A stretch of DNA of 64,000 bases from the human T2T-CHM13v2.0 reference genome, Homo sapiens (GCF_009914755.1 NC_060947.1), one strand, 5' to 3'. Positions 23,487 to 46,291 are shown, counted from the stretch's first letter. Translations and numbers: made by a program. The notes: generated by a model not told the origin, from the sequence alone.

Positions 23487-23665
23487 AGAAAAGAAAGAGG
23501 GGGAAGGAAAAAAATAAGGAAGGAAAAAAGGGAAGGAGGAAAGGAGGGAAGGAAGGAAAGAAGGGAAGAAGGGAGGAAGGGAGGAAGGGAGGAAGGGAGG
23601 AAGAGAGGAAGGGAGGAAGGGAATGAGGGAGGGAGGGAGGAAGGGAGAGAGGAAGGGAGGGCAGA
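23487..23665. repeat. GA-rich low-complexity (GGAA/GGGA) tract inside ERV RT
   Basis: Directly visible polypurine run of about 180 bp. Confidence 0.95.
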
Positions 23666-23883
23666 ACATAGAACATAGAACAACAAAAAAATTTTTTTCA
23701 GACAATTATACTGAGATCAGAATAGTTGCAGGATTAGGAACTACAGGTGTTAATGGCACAACAAATTAATTTACTTCTCTAAAATCAGTACAAATCTATA
23801 TAGAGCTTACCCATCTTTATGAAATTTACCTTTCTTCTTTACTGGAAATGTGGGATTACTACAGGGTAAGTGCCCCTTTTTAA

Positions 23884-24093
<210 letters not shown>

Positions 24094-24289
24094 TAATTTT
24101 TTGTAGAGATGAGGTCTCACTATGTTGCCCAGACTGGTCTCAAACTCCTAACCTCAACTGATCCTCCTAACTTGGCCTTCCAAAGCATGGGGATTACATG
24201 TTTTTCTAATTCTTTTATAACTGGTTTTATTATGTTTAATTGAGCTCTCAAAAAAGGATATTGTTGACACATGGCCATGGCTCATCTTT

Positions 24290-24700
24290 TTGGTAAGCTA
24301 TTTTCTATATCTCAAATTAATCCGGTATTGTCATTCCCTTTGATTAAATGCTCCTTCAAGTCTTTTGCTTACTTTTAAATTCAGTTGTCTGATTATTATT
24401 ATCATTACTATGATTGAGTTGTAAGAGTTCTCAATGTATTCTGGATACAAGTCCTTTATCAGATATATGATTTGCAAATATTTTCTCCCAGTCTGTGGCT
24501 TGTCTTCTCATTTCCTCAATGGAATAATTTGAAATGCAAATTTTTTTCATTTTTTATGAAGTTCAGTTTATTCATTTTTTTCTATTATGGGTCATGCTTT
24601 TGGTGTTGTATCTAAGAATCTTTGCCTAACCCAAGGTCATGAATATTTTCTCCTATGTTTTATTCTAAAAGATTTATAGTTTTTTACTTCACATTTAAGT
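24290..24700 (-). mobile_element. L1M fragment
   Basis: ctggatacaagtcctttatcagatat..tttgcaaatattttctcccagtctgtggc. Confidence 0.8.
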
Positions 24701-26134
24701 GACTTGTTTGAGCTTGTGGGGACTTTTCCAGCACAGTATGAGACTGCCACTCTCTGCCATACCTCTTTTCTTTCAGAAGTATATAGTATCCAAATCAGGT
24801 GCCTTTTCCCAAAAGGCTCCACAGACACTTCATCCACAGTACAGAATATAGTAGCTATTAAGTTGCACAGCAGGTCTCTCACCAGTAGGTTTATAGGAGA
24901 TTCAGGAGAAATGAAGAACACATGTTCCTCAGTCAAAGGACCTATCTCTATGGGAATTACAGAGGAAAGGGGACAAGTAGAAGGCTGACCCAAAATATCC
25001 ATAACCTGAATTAACCTGTCACCAGATGGGAAAAGTTACTGACACATTACAGTCCACTAGTTCTCACCTTTGTGATTCCCTCAATTTGTCAATTTTGAAC
25101 CACTTGACAAGTATTTCCTAGCTGAAAGTTTTGTTCTAGGCTCTCCTAATTCTCTTATCTTTGCAGTCTCTGCATCATCCAGAGTGTCCTTCTGCAATCC
25201 CTCTTCCAACACCCTGGCTTATTGCAATAACAACATACAGCCTCCCATCTTTCTTTCTTCCCCTTCTGGATTGGTCATTGTAGGATTATTCCCTTCAGTA
25301 AAGAGTTCTAACTAAGCAGAGAACACAGCAAACTTTAATCTCTTCTTTTCTTTTTTTGTTCTTAGATTATCCCAAAACTGAGTAGCTGCTGCTAAGATTT
25401 GGGTAATAGTTTGCCTTTGCCATCCTACTACCTTTTCCTTAACTTGGGTTTGGATAGTCAGTGAGAGAGCTAAAATAAAGGTGGTTAGAGCCAGAGGGCA
25501 ATTTTTATATGACCTTGGATCCATGCCAATAAACTTTTAGAATGTCTGAACAAGTCACTGATGGAAATCAATGAGGTACTCACCTGTCTTATGAGTAAAC
25601 AGCTGCAATATCTTCCAGTTTCTCTTTACAAGAAAGGTTTCAAGGAACCTCTATCCTCAGATTATCCATATTTGTGAGGGATGGTGGATAGTCAGCTTCT
25701 CTTGACCACCATACCCCTGATGTGGTAATCTTCTGGACACTAACATCCTTGCTCCATCAAAGGATCAAAGTCTGCTCATTGCAAAATTCCATGCAGTAGC
25801 TGGTGCACATCTCCACACATGGAGCTGTAAACTGAAAACATGCTGCATAGTAGTACTGCAAATTTCTGGGGCACAGGGAAGAGAAGCCTTTAAATGAGTG
25901 AGAAAAGGATCTGAACCACCCAAGAGTCCTGGGTAGCTACTCAATGGCATCAGTTTTGCTGGCTATCCAAATAGGAAGGTCTGGTTTTCCTCACATTGAG
26001 ACAATAAAAATGTAAATTACACAACACTTCAGTTCCAGTTTTGACATTCATAAGTTTAATACCTTGGTTGCCTGTCTTTTTCCAAGTGACAAGTGCAGCT
26101 ACTCTCCATTCTGTTGCCTCATGGGAACACAGTC

Positions 26135-26497
26135 TGTCTTAGCCAATTTTTTGTTGCTATAATTGAATACCACAGACTGAGTAATCTATAAAGAACAGAG
26201 GTTTATTTCTGGAGGCTGGGAAGTACAATATCAAGGTGCCAGCATCTGGTGAGGGCCTTCTTGCTGTGACATAACGTGCTAGAAGGTATCACATGGCAAG
26301 AGAGTAAGAGCATGTCAGTTCAGGTCTCTCTTCCTCTTCTTATAAAGCCACCCGTCCCATCATGGGGGCCCCACCCTAACGAAATTATCTAATCCTAACT
26401 ACCTCCCAAAGGCCCCACCTCCAAATACTATCAAATATGAATTTGGGGATTAAGTTTCCAACACATGAAATTTGGAGGACACATTCAAACCAAAGCA
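26135..26497 (-). mobile_element. MaLR solo LTR (MST-like)
   Basis: TG..CA termini with 5-bp TSD CAGTC at 26130-26134 and 26498-26502. Confidence 0.88.
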
Positions 26498-27198
26498 CAG
26501 TCTTTTATCCAAGTTCTCAATCATCCCATGATCCTGTCTCTTTATTATTTCTGCCTTTCTAGTTGTGTGTTGTGTGGTGTGTAGATGATAAGACCTCCTG
26601 GAGGTGGAATCTGGTCTAAAACATAAAGTAGACTTAGAGCTAGGCCACCAGGCACACAAACTTGTATCCTCAAATACAGCAGGTAGCGGTAGAAAGTTGT
26701 ACCTTCATCTCCCTTTACAGGGAAATCTATTCATGAAGGGAGCCACCTCTCTAAAAGATCATCACCTCCCCCTTGCCTGGGAGCCACTACAGTCAGTTAG
26801 AAGCAAAGAAGCATAAGGACATGCAGGGGAAGCAGAGGGAGCAGGAACAGCAGAGAAAGGAGGAGAAGGTTTCCATGAAAGAGAAAGTGCCTTTAATTTT
26901 TGCATTTCCCCTCTTTTTTCTTTTCATCTGGCTATCCAAATCTTTTTTTTTTTTTTTTGGATGGAGTTTCGCTCTTGTTGCCCAGGCTGGAGTGCAATGG
27001 CGCTATCTCAGCTCACCACGAGCTACAGGCCTGCGCCACCACGCCTGGCTAATTTTGTATTTTTAGTAGAGATGGGGTTTCTCCATGTTGGTCAGGCTGG
27101 TCTCGAACTCCCACCCTCAGGTGAACTGCCTGCCTGGGCCTCACAAAGTGCTGGGATTACAGGCGTGAGCCACCATGTCCAGCCTATCTGAATCTTTT

Positions 27199-27293
27199 AA
27201 GCTACTCAAGTAAAACAGTGGGAGTGGAGAAGACACAAAGAAATAACCAGTTGTGATCAATTAGTTGTAAACACCACCGTACTTTGACCAGCC
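27199..27293 (-). ncRNA. Y RNA (RNY3-derived) pseudogene
   Basis: Reverse complement reads GGCTGGTCAAAGTACGGTGGTGTTTACAACTAATTGATCACAACTGGTTATTTCTTTGTGTCTTCTCCACTCCCACTGTTTTACTTGAGTAGC, a near full-length match to hY3 with substitutions and a small deletion. Degenerate TSD CTGAATCTTTT/CTAAATCATTTT. Confidence 0.92.
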
Positions 27294-27767
27294 CTAAATC
27301 ATTTTTAACTCTCCTCTTAGAACAATATTTATCCCATAATACCAGGAACTCATTCATTCAGGATGAAACCCCTCCAAGGATGTGTTAATCTATCCAAATC
27401 AAAAGACCCATCCTCCCACCACTACAGAACTGGATTCTCATGTGCATAACCATCACAAATGTGACAGAGTGATATTAACTATTTGAGAGAGAGACTTGAA
27501 GGCAACATTCCTGTCTTCCCATATTTTCCAACCATATGATGACCCTGATTGAATTTTAGAGTCTACATTACCCATGTTTATTTAATAGTAACATATTGAA
27601 TTTGGACAGGTTGGATTCTCTAGGTAGTAGTCCCAAAAAAGAGAGCGCTAGAGGGAAGACTTTTTATAATTCCGAGTCTCCTACCTGATTGTTTTATGGT
27701 TACAGACTGTCAGTTGTCTGCTCATGTCAGGAGCTACCATATATTTCCATGTTCTCATCACCAAAAT

Positions 27768-28320
27768 TGTTGGGGAAATATAATTAAAAACAAAATCTTC
27801 TCCTAACCCAGAATTCCTCTCCACAATGGTAGTAGAGAAAGAACGTTTTATTATTGAGTCAGCATTAAATCAGAGCATGATGCACATTCCAAGTAACTCA
27901 CTAAGAGATTGCAAAAACAGAAAGGAATCTCACCCCCTAATATAGCCAAGCAGATACCATTATTTACATGTTTTCGAGTAAATAAATAATGACTAGTCCT
28001 CAAGTAAGAAGACTTGGCAGCATATTTTGTCACACATATTTCACCCAAACTTTACCTAGTAATTGAGGTGACCATCCGTGCTAGTTAATTGGTTTTATCT
28101 AGAGGAAAAAAATTATCATATCTTTATAACAGGAAATAGTTTTGCAATTTGGAGCAAGGTGCCCACCAAAGTTAGGTTTCTACACTCCCACAAAAACTGG
28201 GAGATGGGGTGCTACCTCATTTGATGTTTACATTTTTAAAAAATGGCTCCCAGGTCCTTGAGAAAGACATTTCTGGGTCATGAAGCTGATAAAAGGTCTA
28301 TGTAGTCTTCAAAAGTCTTC
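27768..28320 (-). mobile_element. 5' LTR (MER67-like, truncated) of the same provirus, with adjacent PBS
   Basis: LTR ends CA on the minus strand and is followed by TTTTGGTGATGAGAACATGG (PBS-like, resembling tRNA-Ser TGGCGACGAGGATGG after CpG decay). Homologous to 16825-17242. Confidence 0.8.
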
Positions 28321-28363
28321 ATTGAAGTTTCAATGAAATATATATACATATATGAAGAAAATA

Positions 28364-31850
<3,487 letters not shown>

Positions 31851-31852
31851 TG

Positions 31853-32047
31853 CCACACTTTTAAATGACCAGATCTTGAGAGCACTCACTCGCTATTGTG
31901 AGAACAGTACCAAGGGGATGGTACTAAACTATTCATGAGAAATTTAACTCGATAATCTAGTCCCCTGCCACAGGGCCCCATCTCCAACATTGGGGATAAC
32001 AATTGAATGTGAGATTTGGTTGGGGACACAAATACAAACCATATCAC
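31853..32047 (-). mobile_element. MST-type LTR 5' fragment
   Basis: ..gagatttggttggggacacaaatacaaaccatatca terminus. Confidence 0.8.
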
Positions 32048-32866
32048 CAGGCTCAGGAGCAAATCATAAGAGAAGCTAAAATTCAGAGAAGGTTGAATTC
32101 CTCAGTTCCAGTGAGTCTCCTACACCAAAACCAGGGTCCCAGTAAAGAGTGGGACCCCAAGACTTGGAAGAGAGATTACTGAGTAGATGCATTTGGGAAC
32201 CTTGAACCCCAAGATCCTCCAGAAACTTCTGGACATGCAGAAGTGCTGCAATCCTCCTTTTAGAGGACAGCAGTCCCCCACCGCACCCTGCCCCAATTGA
32301 AGATCATGAAAGGAACTCAAATGAGGCATTGTCTGGGACAATGCCTACCCATCTCAGGATCTGCCCCCCTCCCTTCCCAGCAATTAGAACAATAACTATG
32401 GTCAAATTTCAACATGGGATAACGGGAGAAGTGCTTGATCTGCTGAGGGAGGAGAGGAATTATACACAAAGAGAGAGTCATTATATACACAAAAGGAGCT
32501 GCAGAACTTGGCTTACGTTTACCAGCAAAAACTGGAAGAGTATATCTGAGGATGCTGGATCTACAGGACAGATTACAAAACTGAATAGAGAAAAGTGTGT
32601 TAATATGGAGGTACTCTCCTGTGACACAGGATTCAGCACACTGGCAAGTACCCCAGAGGCCAGTTTTGAAATGGTTTTAGGAAGGTAGAATAAAGCAGTG
32701 GTCCACACTAAATGAAGCAGCAATACTAGAACTTAGTGGTAGACTATAGAGGAATAGATCAAAAAGCTTAGAGAAGTGAACATGTTAGGATGGATTTATT
32801 ACATGAGAGAAGAAGACCGACCAGTTGACTATGTTCATTGGAGGGGCCCAGAGTATAGTTCACTTA

Positions 32867-33525
<659 letters not shown>

Positions 33526-34556
33526 TTAACCGTCAAAAGTGAATTGGTTATAAGTATAGGCAGCAAGGTTGGAATGACACCAAGGGATGCCTCCTGACTC
33601 ACAGGGATTTAATGAGATGGCCCATAGAACATTGTGTTCCTAGGGGCAATTCAGAAAAACAGCCAGCAAGGGTATTACTATATATAAATATATAGATAAG
33701 CAGAAGTCTGAAGTCAGTTGCCCCAATGGAAAGTCACAGCTCCTTTTCTAACTTCCAGACCTAAGCTAGTTCTCAGACCCCAAGCCCATAAAATGAAAAA
33801 GAGGTCAGGTTCCCATGAGAAAGGGCCCTATAACAACATGGTAAGTATATTTAGTAGCATTCTCCAGGCCTTCTCCAAAAGTGTCTATGACCATTTACTC
33901 AGATAGCTGGGGAAAGGGGAATACAGAGACTCTCTCAAGTCTACTGGACCCAGGAAATAAATAGACACTGATACCCAGGAGCCAAAGTGTTACTGTGGCC
34001 CACTTGTTAGGGAGAGGCTTATGGGGGTCAGGAAATAATTGGGATATTGGCCCAGGTTTGTCTCACAATGAGTCCAACAGTCATCTCCATGACTCCCAAA
34101 TGAATCATCGGAATGAATACATTAGCAGTTAGCAGAATCCTTACCTCAGTTCTTTGCTCTATAGAGTGAGAGCTACTGTAATAGGAAAAGGCCTATGAAA
34201 GCCCCTGAAAGTCACCACCACCCCCAAAGAAAAACCTTTCAATGGCCAAAACAGTAAATAAAAACCAATATTACATCTGGGGGAAGGGAGAAATAGCAAA
34301 GATTAGTGTCACCCTCAAAATATTAAATAATGCAGGAGGCATGGTCCTCGTCATATCTTTCTTTAATTAATCAGTCTGGGGGCCGGGCACGGTGGCTCAC
34401 ACCTGTAATCCCAGCATTTTGGGAGCCCAAGGTGGGCCAATCACTTGAGGCCAGGAGTTTGAAACCAGTCTGGCCAACATAATGAAATCCTGCCTCTACT
34501 AAAAATACAAAAATTAGCCAGGCATGGTGATGCATGCCTGTAGTTCCAGCTAGTCA

Positions 34557-34727
<171 letters not shown>

Positions 34728-35583
34728 CTACTGAACTTGATGTAGTATCTTAACTAAAGCAAATTAACACACCTCTGGTAGATGGTATATGGCTATTGAT
34801 TTGGACCAATACATTTCTTTCATACGTGTCAGGAAGGAAAATCAGAAACTGGTTCTATTCACATGAACAGACAGAAGTATATATTCCCAGTCTTACCCCA
34901 AGGCTGTTATTTTTCCTGCTCTCTCTTATAACTTAACGGGACCTGAAGCAACTAAATACTTTATAGAACATCATATCAGTCCACTCTATTGATGGTATCA
35001 TGTTAACCGGACCTGATGAGCAAGAAGCAGAAGTACCCTGGGTGTCCTAATAAGATGTACATTCTAGAAAGTAAAAGATAAACACTGCAAAGATTCAGGG
35101 ATGAGCTACATGAGTGAAGTTTTTAGGGATCCAGTGGTCTAGGGTCTAGGGAATGCTGGGACATTCACTCCAAAGTGATGGACAAATTATTGCACCTTTA
35201 ACCTCCCACCTTTAAGAAAGAGTCCAAAGGTGGGACTCTGGGTAGGGAAGCAATATGTTCTACACTTAGAAGTACTGTAATAACCCATTTATTGAGTGAC
35301 ATAGAAGGCTACTAGTTGTGAGTGGAGCCCTGGACAAGAAAGGCCTCTGTAGCAAGTCCAAGCTGCAGTAAATGCAATCGCACCACTTGGGTTATACGCT
35401 CCAAAAGATTCCTTGATATGAGACGTATCTGTGGTAGAAGAAAAATGTGGACTCCCTAAGAAGCCCAAATAGGAACCGTGCGGTGCAGACCCTTAAGGTT
35501 CTGGAGCAAGGCCATGCCATCTAGAAGCAGAAAGCTATATACCATTTGAAAGGAGCTCCTGGTATGCTCCTGGGCCCTGGTAG

Positions 35584-36168
<585 letters not shown>

Positions 36169-37059
36169 TGACACCAATGGGCACATGGAAGGGGAAGTAT
36201 TCCTTATGATCAGCTGGCATAGAAGGAAAAATCTCAAATTTAGCTCATTGATAGATCGGCTCAGTATTTGTGTACCAGCTGAAAATATGTAGCTACTGCC
36301 CTACAACCCCACTCAAGGGTGACTCTGAAAGACAGTCAGCAGAGCTTTTGGTGGTACACTTGGTCATCCACTTTGTGTGGAAGAAGTGGCCCAAACTTAT
36401 AATATATATATATTGATTCATGGGAAACAGTGAATGGCTTGGCTGGTTGGTCAGGGGATTGGAAGGGAAAGATGGAAAGATTGGGATCAAGGAGGTCTGG
36501 GGAAAACGCATATGGGTGGAACTATGGGAATGGGTACAAAGTGTGAAGGGTTTTGTCTCTTCATTTTAACATTAATCAGAATGCATTTGCTGCAGAAGAA
36601 GCACTAAATGACCAAGAGGACAGGATGATCTGGCCAGTAGATGTCAGCCAGTCTGTCCTCTGCCATCCCAGTGCTTGCACAATAGAGTAGCCACAGTGGC
36701 AAAGACGGAAGTTATGCATGCCCAACAACATTGGCTTCCTCTCACCAAGACTAATGTAGAGATGGCTGTGGCTGAATGTCTAATTTTCTAGCAACAAAAA
36801 CCACACCAAGTCCCCAATATGGCACCATCCCTTGAGGATATCAACCAGTCATGTGGGGTCAAAATGATTACATTCAACCCCTTCCCTCTAAAAAGGTCAG
36901 TGGTTCATTATGACAGAGATTGACACATATGCTACATACAAATTTTGCCTTCACTGCCTGCAAGGACTCAGTCAGCACCACTACCTGAGATCATGATGTA
37001 TCTGATCTACCAACATAGGATCTCTCCTAATGTCACCTCAGACCAAGAGATCCACTTTA

Positions 37060-37347
<288 letters not shown>

Positions 37348-37555
37348 TCAGGAAGTTGAGGCAGGAGAATCTCTTGAACCCGAGAGGCAGAGGTTGCAGT
37401 GAGCCAAGATTGTGCCATTAAACTCCAGCCTGGGCTACAAGAGCAAAACTCTGTCTCAAAAAAAAAAAGGCACTTTAAAGGCACAGATGAAGCACCAGCT
37501 TTGAAACAATCCCCGTGAGGATGGGGCACTATCCTTCAAGATGCAGTATATGCAG

Positions 37556-37926
37556 ACAGTCCCTGACTTATGATGGCTCCACTTAGAATTTTTTGACTTT
37601 ATAATGGTGCAAAAGTGATACACATTCAGTAGAAACTACACTTTGAATATTAAATTTTGATCTTTTCCTGGGGAAGTGATATGTAATATGATACTCTCTT
37701 GTGATGTTGGGCAGGGGCAGCAAGCTGCAGCTCCCACTCAGCCAGGCAATCACGAGGGTAAACAACCAATCCTCTACAGTGTACAATGTTGCCAGATGAG
37801 TTTGCACAACTGTAAGCTAATATAAGTGTTCTGAGCATGTTTAAGATAGGCTAGGCTAAGCGATAATGTTCACTAGGCTAGGTGTATTTAATGCATTTTT
37901 GACTAACAAAGTTGAGGAGCATCTGT
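37556..37926. mobile_element. MER47/Tigger5-type non-autonomous DNA element
   Basis: cagacagtccctgacttatgatgg..ttcagtagaaac..gttgaggagcatctg-TA. Confidence 0.75.
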
Positions 37927-37935
37927 ACTCTAAAC

Positions 37936-38159
37936 CAGGGATCAGCAAATTATGGACAACGTGCCAAATCCAGCCCACTGCCTGTTTTGATAAATATGAC
38001 TTTATTGGAACATGGCCATGCTCATTTGTTTACATACTGTCTTTGGCTGCTTTCATGTTATAACATCAGAGTTGAGTAGTAGCAACAGAGACCATATGGA
38101 CTGCAAAGTCTAAAATATTTACTGTCTGGCCCTTTATAGAAAAAGCTCACTGACTCTAC
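37936..38159. mobile_element. MER58-type hAT MITE
   Basis: cagggatcagcaaattatgg..ttattggaaca..tatttactgtctggcccttta; near 8-bp TSD CTCTAAAC/CTCTAACT. Confidence 0.8.
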
Positions 38160-38945
38160 CTCTAACTCAGAGATCATTATATAGTGCTCTGGCCCCAACA
38201 GGTAAAAATACATGGGTGTAAGAACCAAGACATGGAAGTAAGAGTGACCCTCTCACCATCACTCCTAATGAACTACTTGAGGATTTATGCTTCCTGTCTC
38301 TACAACCTTAGGATCTATGCATCTAGAAGATCCAGTTCCCAGATGGGGATCACTTCCACAAAGAGACGTAGCAAGAGTCCAACTACACCTAAAGCTACAC
38401 GTATTGGCTGGTCACTTGGGCTCCTTCTGCCAATAGATCAACAGGTATGAAAAAGAGTTACCATACTGACAGTGGGAATTGGCCCTAGATTATCATGAGG
38501 ACGTAAAGTTGCTGCTATATAATATGAGCAGGGAAGAGTATGTTTGGCATTCATGTGACCAATTGGGGCATCTCTTGCTACTGTAATGCCCAGTTTTAGC
38601 CATGAATGGGCAAGTGAAGCAACCACAGACTTGATAAGGGCATGAAAATGGGCTCAGACCCACGGCAATGAGGGTATAGGTCACCCCATCAGGAAAGCCA
38701 CCTAAACCAGCAGAAGAACCAAACAAGTTAGGGAAATCTAGAATGGGTGATGAAAGAAGGAAAAAAGAATATCAGTTAAAGTCTCAGGACCAATCAGAGC
38801 AGTCAAGGCTGTGGTTTGTTTAAATCTCCTCTTGCAAGTTTCCCAAAGGAATTCCCACCAACTAGAATCCTGGAAAAACCATGCCCAAATAGAATGAATT
38901 TAATAGGAAGTAGCAAGTGGATCTGATTGGTCCAAGGAATGAACT

Positions 38946-39378
38946 ATAGTAGACACTGTTGGTGCCTTTCATTGATCACCTTCATTAACTGATGCATCCA
39001 TCCCCCAGCTACATTGAGTGCTGTGGCTAACAGTTTACACCTTTAAACATGTCCAAATAATTACCCTTTGCTAAGGGGAGCCACCTCTTCTGAAGACAAC
39101 TGGGAAATCCAAACACCTCCCACCCCCACCCCTCACCACCACCGCCAATAATGACCAATGACTGACTGATAGGCCTAACTCCCTTGCCTCCTAATGGAAA
39201 AACTCCTCAAGTTCCTCATTGCTGCATGAAACAACTCCTGACATGTTACAGGCCATGACCACACACATTCCTCCCCTGTATCTTCCTACTCTCATTCTTT
39301 TACAGGTTTTTCCTAAAGAGCCCTCCCTCAATAAATCACATACACCTAAATGCCTGCCTCAGGCTCTGCTTCTGGGCC
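38946..39378 (+). mobile_element. LTR16-like 3' LTR of the ERVL
   Basis: Follows a purine-rich tract; contains ccctcaataaatcac..ctcaggctctgcttctggg, typical of LTR16 R/U5. Confidence 0.7.
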
Positions 39379-39624
39379 TTTCATGCAAAGGCAGAGCCAT
39401 TTTCCTTAAGCCTACTGACCATAGCACATGCTCCCTGCAGGCAGGAATACCCCAAAGAAAGGGGATAAGTCACAGATGCCAAATTCTTAGTCCCAAATCA
39501 CAATTTAGCATGTCACTCCTCCTCCCATGAGGAGCAGCGAAGGGCATAGAAAAGCCTGGAGTGTTACCTGAATATGTGTCCCTTCACCTGAAAACTGGGT
39601 AAATTAGGAATAAGTAATCCCCCT

Positions 39625-40476
<852 letters not shown>

Positions 40477-41485
40477 TTAACAGTAGTTTTTTTTTCTTTT
40501 CAACTGTCTTTATACATATTTTACATATCATATAATGCACCCATTTCAAGTGTACAATTCACTGATTTTTAGTAAATTTACCAGGTTGTGTAACTATCAT
40601 CATAAATCCACTTTAGAATATTTTTATAACCCCAATAAGATCCCATTTATTGTTACTCCTTTTCTCCATCATGAGGACCAAGCAACTACTTTCTTGTCTC
40701 TATGGAATCATACCATTTGTAGAATTTTGTGACTGGCTTCTTTCACTTAATGTTTTCAAGGTCCATCTAGGTTGGAGCATGTATCAGCACTTCCTTGCTT
40801 GTTATGGCTGAATAATATTTCATTGTTTGAATATACCACATTTTGTTTATCCAGCCCTTAGTTGACGGACATTTGGGTTGTTTCCACTTTTTGGCTATCA
40901 TGAATAATTCTGCTCTGAAAATTCTTGCACTAGTCTTTGTGTGTACAAGTGCTTTCATTCCCTTTGGGTATACACCTTGAAGAGGAATTACTGGGTCATA
41001 TGGTAAATTTATATTTAACTTTTTAAGAAATTGCCAAACTGTTTTCCAAAGTGAGTATACCATGTACGTGCCCATCAGGAATTTATGAGGATTACCATTT
41101 CTCTGTATCTTTGTCAACAATTCTTTACTGTGTGCTTTTTTATTTCTGCAATTCTAGTGGGTATGCAATGATATCTCATTGTAGTTTTAATTTGCATTTC
41201 CATAACTAATGATATTGATCATATTTTCATGTTCAATGTTTTAAAAACAGCTTTCTTGAGGCATAATTTACATACCTTAAAATTCACTGGTGTAATTGCT
41301 CAAATCAACAATTTTTAGTAAATTTCCAGGGTTGTATGTACAACCATCACCACAATCTACCACAAAGTTTCCATCAACCAGAGGAGATCCCTAATGTTCA
41401 TTTGCAGTTAATCTCCACTCCCTTAAGCCTAAGGAACAACTAATCTATTTTCTATCTATACACATTTGTCTGTTCTGGACATTTA

Positions 41486-41809
<324 letters not shown>

Positions 41810-43096
41810 TTATAGCATTGCTCAAGTCTTCAGAATGTTTGTTCTATCCATTACTGAGAGCAATAATGAAGTCTTGAACTGTTTCATTTCTGTCTTCAAT
41901 TCTATTTTTCTTCTTGTATTTTGGGGCCCTGTGGTGAGTATGTGTACATGTTTATAATTATCGTTATAATTCATGTCTCTAATGAATTGACCTTTAGTCA
42001 TTATATAATGTTTTAATTTCTCTCTAGTTACATTTCCTTGTGTATTAGAGTCTACTTTATCTGATATTAATATAACCATACCAGTAGTCTTATGTTTACT
42101 GTTTGCATGGTACATCTTTTTTCTTGTTTTTAGTTGTTTGTTTGTTTTTTTGAGACAGAGTCTCACTCTGTCGCCCAGGCTGGAGTGCAAGAGCGTGATC
42201 TTGGCTCACTGCAAGTTCTGCCTCCTGGGTTCAAGTGATTCTCCTGCCTCAGCCTCCTGAGTAGCTGGTATTACAGGCACCTGCCACCACACCTGGCTAA
42301 TTTTTGTATTTTTAGACAGGGTTTCACCATGCTGGTCAGGCTAGGCTCGAACTCCTGACCTCAAGTGATCTGCCTTCCTCAGCCTCCCAAAGTGCTGGGA
42401 TTACAAGTATGAGCCAACATGCCCGGCCATCGTTTTTCATCCTCTTAATTTCAACCTACTTGTGTCTTTGAAATTAAAGTACATCTCATGTAGACAGCAT
42501 ATAGTTGGATCTTGGGATATTTTTCCCACTCTGACAATATCTTCCTTTGATTCAGTTGTTTAATCCATTCACATTTATTATTGGTATGATTGGATTTATG
42601 TTGGCCATTTTGATAATTGTTTCTATATGTCTCATCTTTTATGTTCATTTGTTCCTCTTTTACTTTCTTCTTTTGTATTAAACATATATTTTCTACTGTA
42701 CCTTTTTAATTCCTTTGTTGAATGATTTCTCTATTTTGAGGGTTTGTTTTTTTAGTGGTTGCTCAATTCTTTTGTACTAACGTACATATTTACCATTTGT
42801 GGTACTCTTCAATTTTTTCTGTAGTTTCAAATTCTTTTTGGTGTCATTTACTTACTGTAATGTAGTTTCATCCCTATCTCCTTCTTTATGCTATTATCAT
42901 CATATATATCACATCTTGGCTGGGCGCGGTGGCTCACGCATGTAATCCCAGTATTTTGGGAAGCCGAGGCAGGTGGATCACTTGAGGTCAGGAGTTTGAG
43001 ACCAGCCTGACTAACATGATGAAACCCACCTCTACTAAAAATACAAAAATCAGCCGGGCGTGATGGTGCACACCTGTAATCCCAGCTACTCAGCTA

Positions 43097-43204
<108 letters not shown>

Positions 43205-43355
43205 TCAAAAAGTAAAAAATTAAAAAATTTTAAAAATCGCATATATCACATCTTTATATGTTAAAAGTCTAAGAATATGATTTTATAATTGCAGTTTTAT
43301 GGAATCATTTTAAACATATTAAGAGAAGAAAAGATTAATTGTACACATACACATA

Positions 43356-45301
<1,946 letters not shown>

Positions 45302-46291
45302 TGTGTGTGTGTGTGTGTGGAGATACATACACCTTACACGGTTTATAATTGCCTACATAATTACTTTTACTTGTGCTTTTCATTTGTTTCTGTGGATTAG
45401 ATTTAATCTCTAGTGTTCATTATTTTCTCCCTAAAGAACTTCTTTTGGCATTTCTTTTGGGTTTATTCTTCTAATTTCTTGTAAGGCAGTTATGCTAGCA
45501 ATATATTTTATCATTCGTTTGGGAATTTATTTTGCCTTCAGTTTTGAAGAATACTTTTGCTGCATATAGATTCCTGCTTGAAAGATTTTTCTTTAAGCAC
45601 TTGGAATATATCATCTTACTGCCTGCTGGCATCCATTGTTTCTGATGAGAGGCCAGGTGTTAATCTACATGTTTCTTACATGTGTAGATTCATGGAATCA
45701 TCACCACAATCAAAATGTAGAATTGTTCCATCATGATAATGCTCCTTCATTCAGTCTCTATAGCCACATTCAGCCCCTCCATGCCCCACTCCTTGGCAAC
45801 TATTGATCTGTTCCCCATCTCTATAATCTTGTTATTTTAAGAATGTTATTTAAATGAAATCATACATTATGCAACCTTTTGAGGTTGACTTTTTCACTCA
45901 GCATAATTCTCTGGAGATTTATCTAGGTATTTGCATGTATTGATAGTACATTCTTTTTTGCTGTGTAGTATTTCATGATATGGATATAGCACATTTTGTT
46001 TAACCATTCACCCATTGAAGTATGTTGGGGTTATTTGCAGTTTGGGCTAGTATAAAGAAAGCTGCTTTCAGCCAGACACAGAGGCTCATGCCTGTACTCC
46101 CAGCACTTTTGAAAGCCAAGGTGGGCAGATCGATTTGAGGTCAGGAGTGAGACCAGCCTGGCCAATATGGCAAAACCCTGTCTCTACAAAAAATACAAAA
46201 ATTAGCCAGGGGTGGTGGCAGCAGAGGTTGCAGTGAGTCAAGATCACGCCACTGCACTCCAGCCTCCTGGGTGACAGAGCTACGCTCTGTC

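Noticed and set aside
23364-23705. Pro/Ser/Leu/Phe-rich ORFs
   Set aside because: Translation of the GA-rich simple repeat.
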